Assembly (NCBI GenBank): GCA_041919675.1 | Contig: JAYRTJ010000006.1 | Span: forward strand, 1,622-65,621 | Length of the DNA stretch: 64,000 bases | Reading direction: 5' to 3' | Origin: Rhodospirillaceae bacterium | GTDB taxonomy: Bacteria; Pseudomonadota; Alphaproteobacteria; Rhodospirillales; Rhodospirillaceae | Shown: one piece after another, positions 28,039 to 36,645 of the stretch | Numbering within the stretch: position 1 is the first letter of the stretch | Layout of the letters: every line of letters begins with the position of its first letter | The notes under the pieces: model-generated | The model's database searches: none | What the model saw: only the letters and a program-made list of their open reading frames with translations | Told to the model about the DNA's origin: nothing | Translations under genes and position numbers: made by a program

Positions 28039-28587
28039 GTGGGGATGGATGATAGCAACGCATTAGGACCGCGGCTGCGCTTAGAAGAAGTCATCCTTCT
28101 ATATGAGCAGGAGTTGCGAAGGTTCTTGACTAAACACCTGCGGAACAGCGCGGATATCGACGACTGCCTTCAAGAGACTTTTCTTAAAATATGGACAAGC
28201 GCCCAGCGGCATGAGTTGCGGGACGATATCCGGGGGTATGTATTCACCGTGGCTTTGAATGTGATCCGGGACAAACGGCGCCGCGACCAGGCGAGACGCA
28301 GGGATTTACATACAGAGATGTCGGATTCCATCGAGAGCGTGCGTACTGTAGGGGTGGAGGACCAGCTTTACTGGACGGAAGCCGTGAGATTGATGGAATC
28401 GGAGCTGCAGGCCCTGCGGCCTTCGACACGAAACATCTTTTTGAAGTACCACTTGGAGCACAAGACCTACGCCGACATTGCAAACGAACTGGGGATCTCG
28501 GTTCGCACGGTCGAGCGGGAAATCGCGCGGGCAATGCAGCATATGACCGCAGTCTTGGGAAATTCACTTTTTGTAAACGATCGATGA
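28039..28587 (+). CDS. ECF (FecI-type) sigma factor
   Basis: DIDDCLQETFLKIW, YVFTVALNVIRDKRRR, STRNIFLKYHLEHKTYADIANELGISVRTVEREI. ATGA overlap with the next gene. Confidence 0.85.
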   Translation: MGMDDSNALGPRLRLEEVILLYEQELRRFLTKHLRNSADIDDCLQETFLKIWTSAQRHELRDDIRGYVFTVALNVIRDKRRRDQARRRDLHTEMSDSIESVRTVGVEDQLYWTEAVRLMESELQALRPSTRNIFLKYHLEHKTYADIANELGISVRTVEREIARAMQHMTAVLGNSLFVNDR

Positions 28588-29612
28588 GCATGACCGACGA
28601 TACTCCCTCCACGGCGCCAGAATGGGTCGCACGCATGAATGCGGGGCCATTGTCGCCGGAATTGCGCGCCGCTTTGGACGCGTGGCTGGCGAAGGACCCG
28701 CGGAATCAGGCCGACTTTACCTTGGCGCGCCTCACCTGGACCGTGGCCCAGAAGCTCAACACCAGCGAAGTCGCGCACAACGAGCTCCGTGCGTTGAACG
28801 CCGCCCCGGCCGTCCACGGTTGGGACTGGCGCCGCTTGATTGCGGCGACTTTCGGCGCGAGTCCGCGCAGATGGGCGCCGGCCTTCGCGGCCGTCCTGCT
28901 CATCGTCGCCGGAGCGGCTTGGCTGGCGAATCCGCCGCGGTCCCCGGACGGCATGGCCCTGCTCGACAACGGCCGCAGCGCATCGACGGTCGTGGGCGAG
29001 ATCTCGAACTATGTGCTTCCGGACGGCTCGAAGGTGACCATCAACGCGCAGTCGGGCGTCCGCGTGGCGTTCACGCGCGCGCAACGCAAAATCATCCTCG
29101 AAAGCGGCGAAGCGTTCTTCGAGGTCCAGCACGACGACACACCCTTTGTGGTGGTCGCGGGATTGCGCTCGGTCGTCGTCACCGGCACGAAGTTCGACGT
29201 AAAGCTGGATTCCTACCGGAGCGGCCTGCAGGTCGCCGTCGTCGAAGGTCATGTGAATGTCGGCGATCACGAAACCGAAGCGAAGGACGCCGCCAAATTG
29301 CAGGCGAACGACGTCTTCCGGTTCTTGGACAACGCTCCGCCCGAGCGCCTGGCCGTTGCCGCGAACCTGGTTTCGGCCTGGCAGACGCGCCGGTTATATT
29401 TCGAGGGCACAACCGTCGGCGACGTCTTGTTCTCGGTCAACCGCTTCGCGCGAAAGCCGCTGCGGCTGGGCGACCCGCAACTCGCCGAATTGCCGCTGAG
29501 CGGCAGCTTTTCCGCCGGCGACACGGATGCGGTGCTGTTTTCCCTGCACTCGCTGTACAGGATCGAAGCCAAAGACAGCGGCGACGCCTTGATCCTGGAC
29601 ACGGCGAAGTGA
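28584..29612 (+). CDS. FecR family anti-sigma/sensor protein
   Basis: EWVARMNAGPLSPELRAALDAWLAKDPRNQADF, one TM segment, and a FecR domain (GEAFFEVQHDDTPFVVVAGLRSVVVTGTKFDV). Confidence 0.85.
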   Translation: MSMTDDTPSTAPEWVARMNAGPLSPELRAALDAWLAKDPRNQADFTLARLTWTVAQKLNTSEVAHNELRALNAAPAVHGWDWRRLIAATFGASPRRWAPAFAAVLLIVAGAAWLANPPRSPDGMALLDNGRSASTVVGEISNYVLPDGSKVTINAQSGVRVAFTRAQRKIILESGEAFFEVQHDDTPFVVVAGLRSVVVTGTKFDVKLDSYRSGLQVAVVEGHVNVGDHETEAKDAAKLQANDVFRFLDNAPPERLAVAANLVSAWQTRRLYFEGTTVGDVLFSVNRFARKPLRLGDPQLAELPLSGSFSAGDTDAVLFSLHSLYRIEAKDSGDALILDTAK

Positions 29613-29630
29613 GCCCGAGATCGTCGATAC

Positions 29631-31235
29631 CTATCCGGCGGCGCGCGTGAAGATCAGGCTGTAGACGCGGGGACGAATGAAGCGGATTCCCCGCGCCTTC
29701 CCGGCGGAATCGCGCACGATCGCGATCAAGCCGTCCGCGTCGCGGTAAACGTCGCGGGAAAGAGGCGTGAGCGCCGCCGCCGCGCTGGGACGGTTGACCG
29801 GCGCGAGGATAAGGCGCCCCTCCTTTACCGACAGAACCAGTTCACCGTTCGCTTCCGCACTCGTGTAGCGGCCGGCGAGCGCCTCGAGCTCGGGCAACCG
29901 CGGCGCATAGGGATCGACCTTGCGGAAGGTCGTGACTTCGCCGTCGGCGGTGCGGCTTTCCACGGCGCCGTCCTTGAAGATCATTTCCGCGCCGGCGTTG
30001 CGATAGCGGCGCGCGTCCAAACGGACGAGGTCCACCTCACGCTTGCCTTCGGCGAATTTGAGCGCCCCGCCGCCGGCGACCACCCGCGCGCTGCGGCCCG
30101 TACGCTCGTCGATATACAGCCCCTGCGCCTGCGATAATTCCGCGTGAGGGGCCGCGCCCGCCGCAGGCACAGGCGCCGCGGCCGGCAGGAGCGGCGCGGC
30201 CGCCTCGCGACCCACCCGCGCGGCATTGATCTCCTCTCCATTGCAGAGCACCGCGACGCTCACCCCTTGAGACGGATAACGGGCGAGCCACGCGCGGTAA
30301 GCCGCCGTGCCGCCGCCGTGAGAGATCTCGGCCACGCCGTTGTAGACGCCGTGCTGGAGCCCGCGCGCATAGGCGATCTTGCGCCCGCTCGTGAGCACCG
30401 CCCGCTCTTCCAAATGCCCGGTGACGAATTCTCCGAGCTTTCGCGCCGTCAGCGCCGCGTTCCACTTGAGAAGGTCGCCTGCCGTTGTCAGCAGGCCGCC
30501 ATGCCCATATGTGTCTTCGAACGGCATTTCCTGCGTATAACCTTCGGCGGTCTTCTCGCGATAGGCGACGGCGCGATCGGGCACGACGCGGCGGAAATCG
30601 TCGCGCCATGTCGTTTTGCTCATCCCCAGCGGGATGAACATGCGCTCGCGCGTGAAGGCGGGAAGCGATTTGCCGCTCACGCGCTCGACGATGAAGGCGG
30701 CGAGGTTGAAGCCCGTATTGTTGTAGGAATACGCTTCGCCGGGTTTAAAGTTCAGCGCACGCTGACGGCCGGCGATTTCAAGGACTTCCTGGTTGGTGCG
30801 AAATACATAGGAGCGCGGCCAACCGGCGAGGCCGGAGACTTCGCCCCAGTCGCGCAGGCCGTTCGTGTGACTGAGAAGATGGTTGATCGTAATGGGCGTG
30901 CCGTAGTCCGGCAGCTCGGGGATATACTTGCGAATATCGTCGGTGAGCGCGATTTTGCCCTCCTCGACCAGCATCAGGATCGCCGCCGCGGTAAATTGCT
31001 TCGCGATCGATCCCGCTTCCATGACGGTCTCGGGCGTAATGGGCACGGCATGCTCGAGGTCGGCCAAGCCGTAAGCCCCAAAAACCGGCGGTTGCCCTTG
31101 GCGCGCGACGCCGACCGCGCAGCCGGGCGCCTGCGGATCCTCTCCCTTGAAAGCCATCGCGGCGTCGGCCGCGTGCGCGCGCAGCGGCGCAATGGCGACG
31201 GTGCATAGCAATACCCAGCGCGGTACATAGCGCAT
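29631..31235 (-). CDS. Serine hydrolase (beta-lactamase/transpeptidase-like family), exported
   Basis: Signal ...APLRAHA, SxxK (GSIAKQF) and YxN (YSYNNTGF). Extended C-terminal domain. Confidence 0.85.
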   Translation of the reverse strand: MRYVPRWVLLCTVAIAPLRAHAADAAMAFKGEDPQAPGCAVGVARQGQPPVFGAYGLADLEHAVPITPETVMEAGSIAKQFTAAAILMLVEEGKIALTDDIRKYIPELPDYGTPITINHLLSHTNGLRDWGEVSGLAGWPRSYVFRTNQEVLEIAGRQRALNFKPGEAYSYNNTGFNLAAFIVERVSGKSLPAFTRERMFIPLGMSKTTWRDDFRRVVPDRAVAYREKTAEGYTQEMPFEDTYGHGGLLTTAGDLLKWNAALTARKLGEFVTGHLEERAVLTSGRKIAYARGLQHGVYNGVAEISHGGGTAAYRAWLARYPSQGVSVAVLCNGEEINAARVGREAAAPLLPAAAPVPAAGAAPHAELSQAQGLYIDERTGRSARVVAGGGALKFAEGKREVDLVRLDARRYRNAGAEMIFKDGAVESRTADGEVTTFRKVDPYAPRLPELEALAGRYTSAEANGELVLSVKEGRLILAPVNRPSAAAALTPLSRDVYRDADGLIAIVRDSAGKARGIRFIRPRVYSLIFTRAAG

Positions 31236-31350
31236 GAAGTCCCTCCCCCGAACTCAGCCCTTGCTCATCCTGGTACGCAGGCCGCCCGCTCCACCCGACA
31301 ACCGGCTGTCAGGGGACATCGGCAAGAATGAAGCCGTGAGAAAAGGAGAA

Positions 31351-31477
31351 AACAAAAATCGACCCCTCCCTGACCCTCCCCTTTCAGGGGAGGGAAAAAT
31401 TAAACGGGGCCGCCGCCGCTTGATCCTTTTTTCCCTCCCCCTGAAAGGGGGAGGTTAGGAGGGGGTCGTTTTTTGTT
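31351..31477. repeat. About 127-bp MITE-like element with imperfect 40-bp terminal inverted repeats
   Basis: Left end aacaaaaatcgacccctccctgaccctcccctttcagggg matches the reverse complement of the right end at 34 of 40 positions by hand count. Its core also occurs at 48.9-49.1 kb. A solo hairpin ccctgccctttcaggggaggg lies at 31486-31506. Confidence 0.6.
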
Positions 31478-31518
31478 GCTGTTTGCCCTGCCCTTTCAGG
31501 GGAGGGAAAAAAGGAAGA

Positions 31519-34500
31519 TCAGTTGATCTGGCTGAGGGGTTTGCCGCCGATCATGTCCTTGTAGTCGATCATGAAGGACTTGAACTGTTCGGCCTGCTCG
31601 ATCTGCTGGCGGACGGCGGCGACATCCATCACGCCGCGTTCGCGCGGCGTGGTGATGAGCGAGAAGGCGTCGCGGTAGGGCGTGTCGCTCATGGGCACCG
31701 TATAGCGCTGGCGCACGCGCACCAGCGTGCGTTCATCGCCCGCCAGCGTCAGCGCCGTCGCCCAATCCAGGATGATGCGCGCGTTCTGGCCGCTGAGGGT
31801 GGTGCCTTCCGGCTCCGGGGCCAGTTCGGACAAGGCCGCGGCGGCATTCGCCCACTGCTGGGCGCGCCAGTAGATCTCGGCGCGGAGCTGCTTGGTCTCG
31901 GGGGTCGTGTCGGTGCCGAGCAGAAGGACGGCTTCATCGACCTTGTTGAGATCGGTGAGCGCACGGGCTTCAAGACGGCGGCGCTGGGCGTTCAGTTCGC
32001 GGCCCGCTTCGGGCGTGGTGGTGTCGTTGAGCACGTCGAGCGCCTTCTGGGGCTGCTCGTCCAGGAGGTAGATCAGCGCCAACCTCGAGCCGATACGCGC
32101 GCGCTCGACGCCGGTGACGCGGAACTGCACCTGACGCTCCAGGAGGAGCGCGGCCTGCTGCAGAAGGTCGACGGACACGAGGCGGTCCGCGAGCTTGCGG
32201 ATCATCTCGTCCCCCTTCTCGCCCGGCGGCACGAGCGAGCGGAACTCCTCGAAAAGACCGATGGACGTGACGGGCGAAAGTTTATCCGCCTCGCCGTCGA
32301 GATAGAGTTTCTCGAAGATGCCGGTCATTTTGTTGGCGGCCTCGTTCACGCGCTCGTCGCCCGAGAAATAGGACGTGGTGATCTTGAGCGTGCGCAGCGC
32401 CGTGCCGTAGTCCTTCTCCTCGCCGTAGAGATCGGCAAGACGCAGGAGCATTTCCAGTTCGGTGTGATCGCCGCGCCAGCGGTAGCGCAACTTTTCGAGC
32501 CCCTCGATCAACTGCGCGGCGGTGACGGTGCCGAGCTTGTGTTCGAGCTCGAGACGGTCTCGCGTCGCCAGCACGCTATACATCAGGGACGGGCTCTGTT
32601 CGGTCTTGCGGAACTGCTGCAGCGCGACCTGGAGTTCGCCGATCTTCTCGTTCAGCTTGCCGTCCATATAGTCGATGGCGGCGAGTTCGTTCACGGAGGG
32701 CGTCTCTTTGCGGACCATGTCGAGGAAACCCTGCGCGCCGAAATCGTCGCCGGCGTCGATCGTGGCCTCGACGCCCATGAGCGCCAGCGGGATCTTCACC
32801 CGGCGCGGATAGGCGCGGATCAGCGCGCCCGTCTGGATCATGGTTTCGGCCTGGGCCTTCGGATCGCTGATCTGCGAGCGCGCGGCGGCCAGCCAGAAGT
32901 GGGCGTCTTCCTCATTGGCCAGCGTGAAGTGGTTGAAGTCCTCGGCCGCGTCCTGATAACGGCGCATCATGAACAGCGCCGCCCCGCGCAGGGCGCGGAA
33001 CTGGGCCGTGTTCTCCATGTCCTGGTCGTTGGCGGCCATCACGCGCAGGATCCCGAGCGCTTCCGGATAGAAGCCGTTCACGAATTCAAAGCGGGCGAGG
33101 CGCAAACGCGCCTGCTGACGGGTATCGGGGCGCTCGTCGCCGAGGGCGTATTGAAGGGCCTGCTTGTTGCGCACGTAGTCGTCGGCGCGGCCGATCTGCC
33201 AGTCGGCGATATTGAGCAGCCGCTGCATGTCTTCGTCGCCGCCCAGCGCACCGGCGACCTGCATCCCGTCGCGCGAAAGCGCCATGCCGCCGTCGACGTC
33301 GATGTCGACGCCCAACCGGGAAGCCTGCGCGCGCACGCCGTCGCTCTTGGGAACCACGACCACGCCCTGCGCGGTCGCGGGCAGATCGACTTCGGCGAAG
33401 GTGCGCTCCGGATAGACCCCGTAGCTGAGCGGAATCACGGGCACGATGAGCAGATAGTCGCCCACTTCCGGGTCTTCGACGGCGACCGTCCGGCCGGCCT
33501 CGGTGATGGGCAGGAAGAGATTCGGCTGTGGACGCTCGAGCTGCGCGTTGACCTCGATCGCCTGGGTCGGGCGCAGCGGCAGGGCGCGGAAGTCGAGCAC
33601 CCAGTCGAGGCCGTCGCGGCGCGTCGTCGGGTTGATGTCCGGACGCGTGACCATGCGCAAGATGGTGTTGTTGCGGTACGGCAACTGCTCGACGAACGTG
33701 ATGTAGGGCGCGCCGTCCTTGGCGAGCCTGGCGACATCGACCTGCTGATAACGGTCGAACACGACCCACAGGAATTCGGCGCGGCGGAAGACGGCGGCGG
33801 CGGAGGGTTCCGTCCAGGGAATGGTGAGGCTGACTTCGGCGGGCCGCGAGGTCAGCGGATCGACGCGGCCGTTTTGAGCCGCGCGCGTGACGCGGTTGCC
33901 GGACGCGTCGACTTCGGTCTTGGCGTTGATCTGGCCCTTGAGCGCGGCGGCGGCGTCCTGCGAGCCCTGCAGCGGACGCGGCGCGGGCGGCGCCGGCTTG
34001 GCGGCGGCGACTTGCGGTTCGGGCTTCGCCGGCGCGGGTTTGGCGGCTTCGGGTTTGGCGGCGGGCGGTGTGGGCGCCGCGCCGGCCGCGCCGGCCGGAC
34101 GCGCGACGGCCGCCTGCTGCTGCGGCGCCGGCGCGTTGGTGAGATCAATGGCGATGGTATTGCCGGTCGCCAGATCGTTCACCGCAAGCGCGGCGGCGTG
34201 CGGAATGATGAGCGTGGTCTGGCCGCTGTCGTAGGAGACACGCGCGCCTTTATTCGCCGCCGGCAGGCGCTGATTGAGGCTGGCGAGATTGAGCGTGCCT
34301 GTGCCCTGGAAGACGATGGCGACAGTCTCGCCGCGGCGCTCGATGCGATAGCCCGGACGCGACTGCGGCCAATCGAACGCCACACGGAAGAACGCCGGAT
34401 GCTGGCCCGTGCGCACGGCGACGGCGCGGGCGCCGGCCGGCGCATTAGGATTGGCGGGGGGATTGGTCGCCGCATTGGCCGGGGGCGCCGGTTTTGCGGC

Positions 34501-34863
34501 AGCGGTCTGCACGGGCGGCCCAATGAGATCGACCACCACCGCAGAGCCGACGGTAAAGGTCCGCATGGTGACATTCGGGCGCAGCGGGAAAGCGATGGTG
34601 CGCTGGTCGGGGCTGACGCGCGGCGGGCCGGAGATATAGGCGCCGAGGGCTTGCGCGATCGCCGCGGGCGTCATGGTGACGCTGCGTTCGAACTGGACGA
34701 CAAGATCCCCGCCCAGCACGTCGGCGGAGTAGCGCACCGGCCGATCCCATTCAAAGGCGACACGCCCGTAACCGTCGCGCGCGGCGAAGCGCACGGCGTC
34801 GGCGAAGGCGGGCGCGCTGCAAAGGATCGAGATCACAAGGACAAGTGAAAGGCGTTTCATCAT
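31519..34863 (-). CDS. Exported 1114-aa protein: three beta-rich modules with Pro/Ala linkers, then a long TPR-like domain
   Basis: Signal MMKRLSLVLVISILCSAPAFA. Module starts GRVAFEWDRPV / FRVAFDWPQS / AAVFRRAEFLWVVFD. C-terminal ~650 aa are helical repeats. The ATGATGA start overlaps the stop of the upstream MotB-like gene. Confidence 0.8.
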   Translation of the reverse strand: MMKRLSLVLVISILCSAPAFADAVRFAARDGYGRVAFEWDRPVRYSADVLGGDLVVQFERSVTMTPAAIAQALGAYISGPPRVSPDQRTIAFPLRPNVTMRTFTVGSAVVVDLIGPPVQTAAAKPAPPANAATNPPANPNAPAGARAVAVRTGQHPAFFRVAFDWPQSRPGYRIERRGETVAIVFQGTGTLNLASLNQRLPAANKGARVSYDSGQTTLIIPHAAALAVNDLATGNTIAIDLTNAPAPQQQAAVARPAGAAGAAPTPPAAKPEAAKPAPAKPEPQVAAAKPAPPAPRPLQGSQDAAAALKGQINAKTEVDASGNRVTRAAQNGRVDPLTSRPAEVSLTIPWTEPSAAAVFRRAEFLWVVFDRYQQVDVARLAKDGAPYITFVEQLPYRNNTILRMVTRPDINPTTRRDGLDWVLDFRALPLRPTQAIEVNAQLERPQPNLFLPITEAGRTVAVEDPEVGDYLLIVPVIPLSYGVYPERTFAEVDLPATAQGVVVVPKSDGVRAQASRLGVDIDVDGGMALSRDGMQVAGALGGDEDMQRLLNIADWQIGRADDYVRNKQALQYALGDERPDTRQQARLRLARFEFVNGFYPEALGILRVMAANDQDMENTAQFRALRGAALFMMRRYQDAAEDFNHFTLANEEDAHFWLAAARSQISDPKAQAETMIQTGALIRAYPRRVKIPLALMGVEATIDAGDDFGAQGFLDMVRKETPSVNELAAIDYMDGKLNEKIGELQVALQQFRKTEQSPSLMYSVLATRDRLELEHKLGTVTAAQLIEGLEKLRYRWRGDHTELEMLLRLADLYGEEKDYGTALRTLKITTSYFSGDERVNEAANKMTGIFEKLYLDGEADKLSPVTSIGLFEEFRSLVPPGEKGDEMIRKLADRLVSVDLLQQAALLLERQVQFRVTGVERARIGSRLALIYLLDEQPQKALDVLNDTTTPEAGRELNAQRRRLEARALTDLNKVDEAVLLLGTDTTPETKQLRAEIYWRAQQWANAAAALSELAPEPEGTTLSGQNARIILDWATALTLAGDERTLVRVRQRYTVPMSDTPYRDAFSLITTPRERGVMDVAAVRQQIEQAEQFKSFMIDYKDMIGGKPLSQIN

Positions 34864-35627
34864 GATCCGGGTTGCTCCGGCATGACGAGAATCTGGATCT
34901 GCTCGACGTTGCCGGCGGGCGCCTTGCGGCCCAGCACGGTGATTTCCTTGTCGTAGCCGGCGGCGGCGAACGCATCGGCGACGGTATTGGCGCGCGTGAT
35001 CGCGAGATGCCATGCTTCGGCATCGGTGTCGGCGTCGGCGCGCGCGGCTTGCGCCTGCGGCGCCGCGGCGGCCTGGCCGACGATGGCAATACGGTTATGC
35101 AGGTTGCTCAACACACCGCCCAAGTCAAAAACGCGCCGGCGCGCAGCGTCGGAAAATCCGCTGGATCCCGCATCGAATAAGCCCTCACCGGCGCCCGAGG
35201 CCGGCCAGGACAGGATAAGATATTGCGGGGTCGCGCGGAACTGGACATCGGCGAGGCTGGCCTGTTTTGCGAAGGCGGGACGCAGAACCGCTTCCAGGTA
35301 GCTGAGGTTGTCCCCGGGCACCGCCGCCACTTCCGGAAGGCGCGGCGCGTTCGCGTCCGGCAGGCCGCCCGCGAAGGCTTCGCCATATGACCGGGCGACG
35401 GGAATGAAGCGCACCATGTCGATCTTGGCCATGGAGAACAAGAGGACAAAAAACGTGAGCAGGATCGTCATCAAGTCGACGATGGTGATGAGCCATGGGC
35501 GCGCGGGGCCGGGATTGCGCTCGACCTTCGGGGCGTTGATCCGCTTGCCGAGGATGGGCAGATCCTGGATGTGCTCCGCGAGCGGGCGGAAACGCGCGTG
35601 ATGCGACATGTGATTGAGGGCGTTCAT
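34860..35627 (-). CDS. MotB-like protein (N-terminal MotB-type TM helix, degenerate OmpA-like C-domain)
   Basis: WLITIVDLMTILLTFFVLLFSM aligns with the MotB YADFMTAMMAFFLVMW segment, including the Asp. C-terminus FDAGSSGFSDAARRRVFDLGGVL...RIAIVGQ...LAITRANTVADAFAAAGY follows the OmpA/MotB pattern. Confidence 0.7.
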   Translation of the reverse strand: MNALNHMSHHARFRPLAEHIQDLPILGKRINAPKVERNPGPARPWLITIVDLMTILLTFFVLLFSMAKIDMVRFIPVARSYGEAFAGGLPDANAPRLPEVAAVPGDNLSYLEAVLRPAFAKQASLADVQFRATPQYLILSWPASGAGEGLFDAGSSGFSDAARRRVFDLGGVLSNLHNRIAIVGQAAAAPQAQAARADADTDAEAWHLAITRANTVADAFAAAGYDKEITVLGRKAPAGNVEQIQILVMPEQPGS

Positions 35628-36385
35628 CCGCCGACGCCCTCCGGGCTACGGAGAGCGGGCTTGCGCCCCCCCGCGAGGCGCGTAATCACGTCGTCGCCAT
35701 CGTCGAGCAAAAGGAAGCTGAAGCGCAGCAACGCCTCGCCGCTGGTCTGCCCGCCGACCGGTTTCAGGATGCCGACCGAGAGCGACGCCGGGGCGAGGCC
35801 GTGCGCCATGAGGCGCTCGGCGAGCAGCGCGACATTGGTTTCAGGATGCGAGGCGCGCAGCGCGAGTTCGGCGCGATAACCGCGCACGCCGCTGTCGATC
35901 ACGCCGGCGATGCCGGCGAGGATGGCGTCGCCTTCCGCGACATGCTGCGGATCGGCGAACAGCGCGAACGGCACTTCGATATCGACGCGGTCGTTGCCGA
36001 TGTTCCAGACGGTGCGCGTGCGCCATGTGTCTTCGGCCGCGATCACGGGCGCGAACACCTGCGCGACGGACGCCCGCAGGAGATCGACGGCGCGGCGGCG
36101 TTCTTCCTCGAGCATGCGCGCCTGGGAAATCGAATCCGCGGCGGCGGTTGAACTCGCCGGTTGTGCGGCGGAAGCGGGCGCCGGCGCGACCACGGTCGCG
36201 CGCGTTTGACTGGCCAGCGAGGTCATGACGGCGAAGAACGCCATGAGCAGGAAGTTGAGGGCGAGCAAGGTGATCATGACGCGGTCGCGATTGGCTTCGC
36301 CGCGCGCGGCCTCGCTGAGCATCTCCGGTGCATCCGGATATGCTTCGTAGAGAGTCTCCCGCGCTGTTGGATAGGCGCCGCTCAA
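35624..36385 (-). CDS. Second, more divergent MotB-like membrane protein
   Basis: TM helix VMITLLALNFLLMAFFAVMTSL. C-terminal region ...VDIEVPFALFAD...ILAGIAGVI...ELALRAS...LLAERLMAHGL is loosely OmpA-like. ATGA overlap with the next gene. Start uncertain (TTG 36385 or ATG 36322). Confidence 0.55.
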   Translation of the reverse strand: MSGAYPTARETLYEAYPDAPEMLSEAARGEANRDRVMITLLALNFLLMAFFAVMTSLASQTRATVVAPAPASAAQPASSTAAADSISQARMLEEERRRAVDLLRASVAQVFAPVIAAEDTWRTRTVWNIGNDRVDIEVPFALFADPQHVAEGDAILAGIAGVIDSGVRGYRAELALRASHPETNVALLAERLMAHGLAPASLSVGILKPVGGQTSGEALLRFSFLLLDDGDDVITRLAGGRKPALRSPEGVGG

Positions 36386-36645
36386 ACTTCAGAACCCCGC
36401 TTGGCCGAAGGCACACCTCCGGCCGGAATACCCACGTGTTTTCAGGAGCCTATGGGCGAATGGTGAATGCGGGGTTAAACCGGGAAAAAATTGCCCAGGG
36501 TGCGGAGAATGCCGCCCATATTCTCCGCATATTATACGGAAAATATGATTTACATTCATCGGCATAGCGGCTGGCCCTATTTTTTGGCAGCACGATTGAG
36601 CCGAAGCCATTGCGCGCTTCCGCACGCCGGGTTGAGATCGGCGCT

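Noticed and set aside
28622-29650. Alternative 342-aa frame overlapping the FecR gene.
   Set aside because: It is an Arg/Gly/Pro-rich artefact. The 28584..29612 frame carries the FecR N-terminal and periplasmic motifs and the ATGA coupling to the sigma gene.
31486-31506. The hairpin ccctgccctttcaggggaggg as the terminator of the TPR-giant gene.
   Set aside because: On the minus (gene) strand the T-run precedes the stem rather than following it. It is better explained as a solo copy of the repeat-family hairpin.
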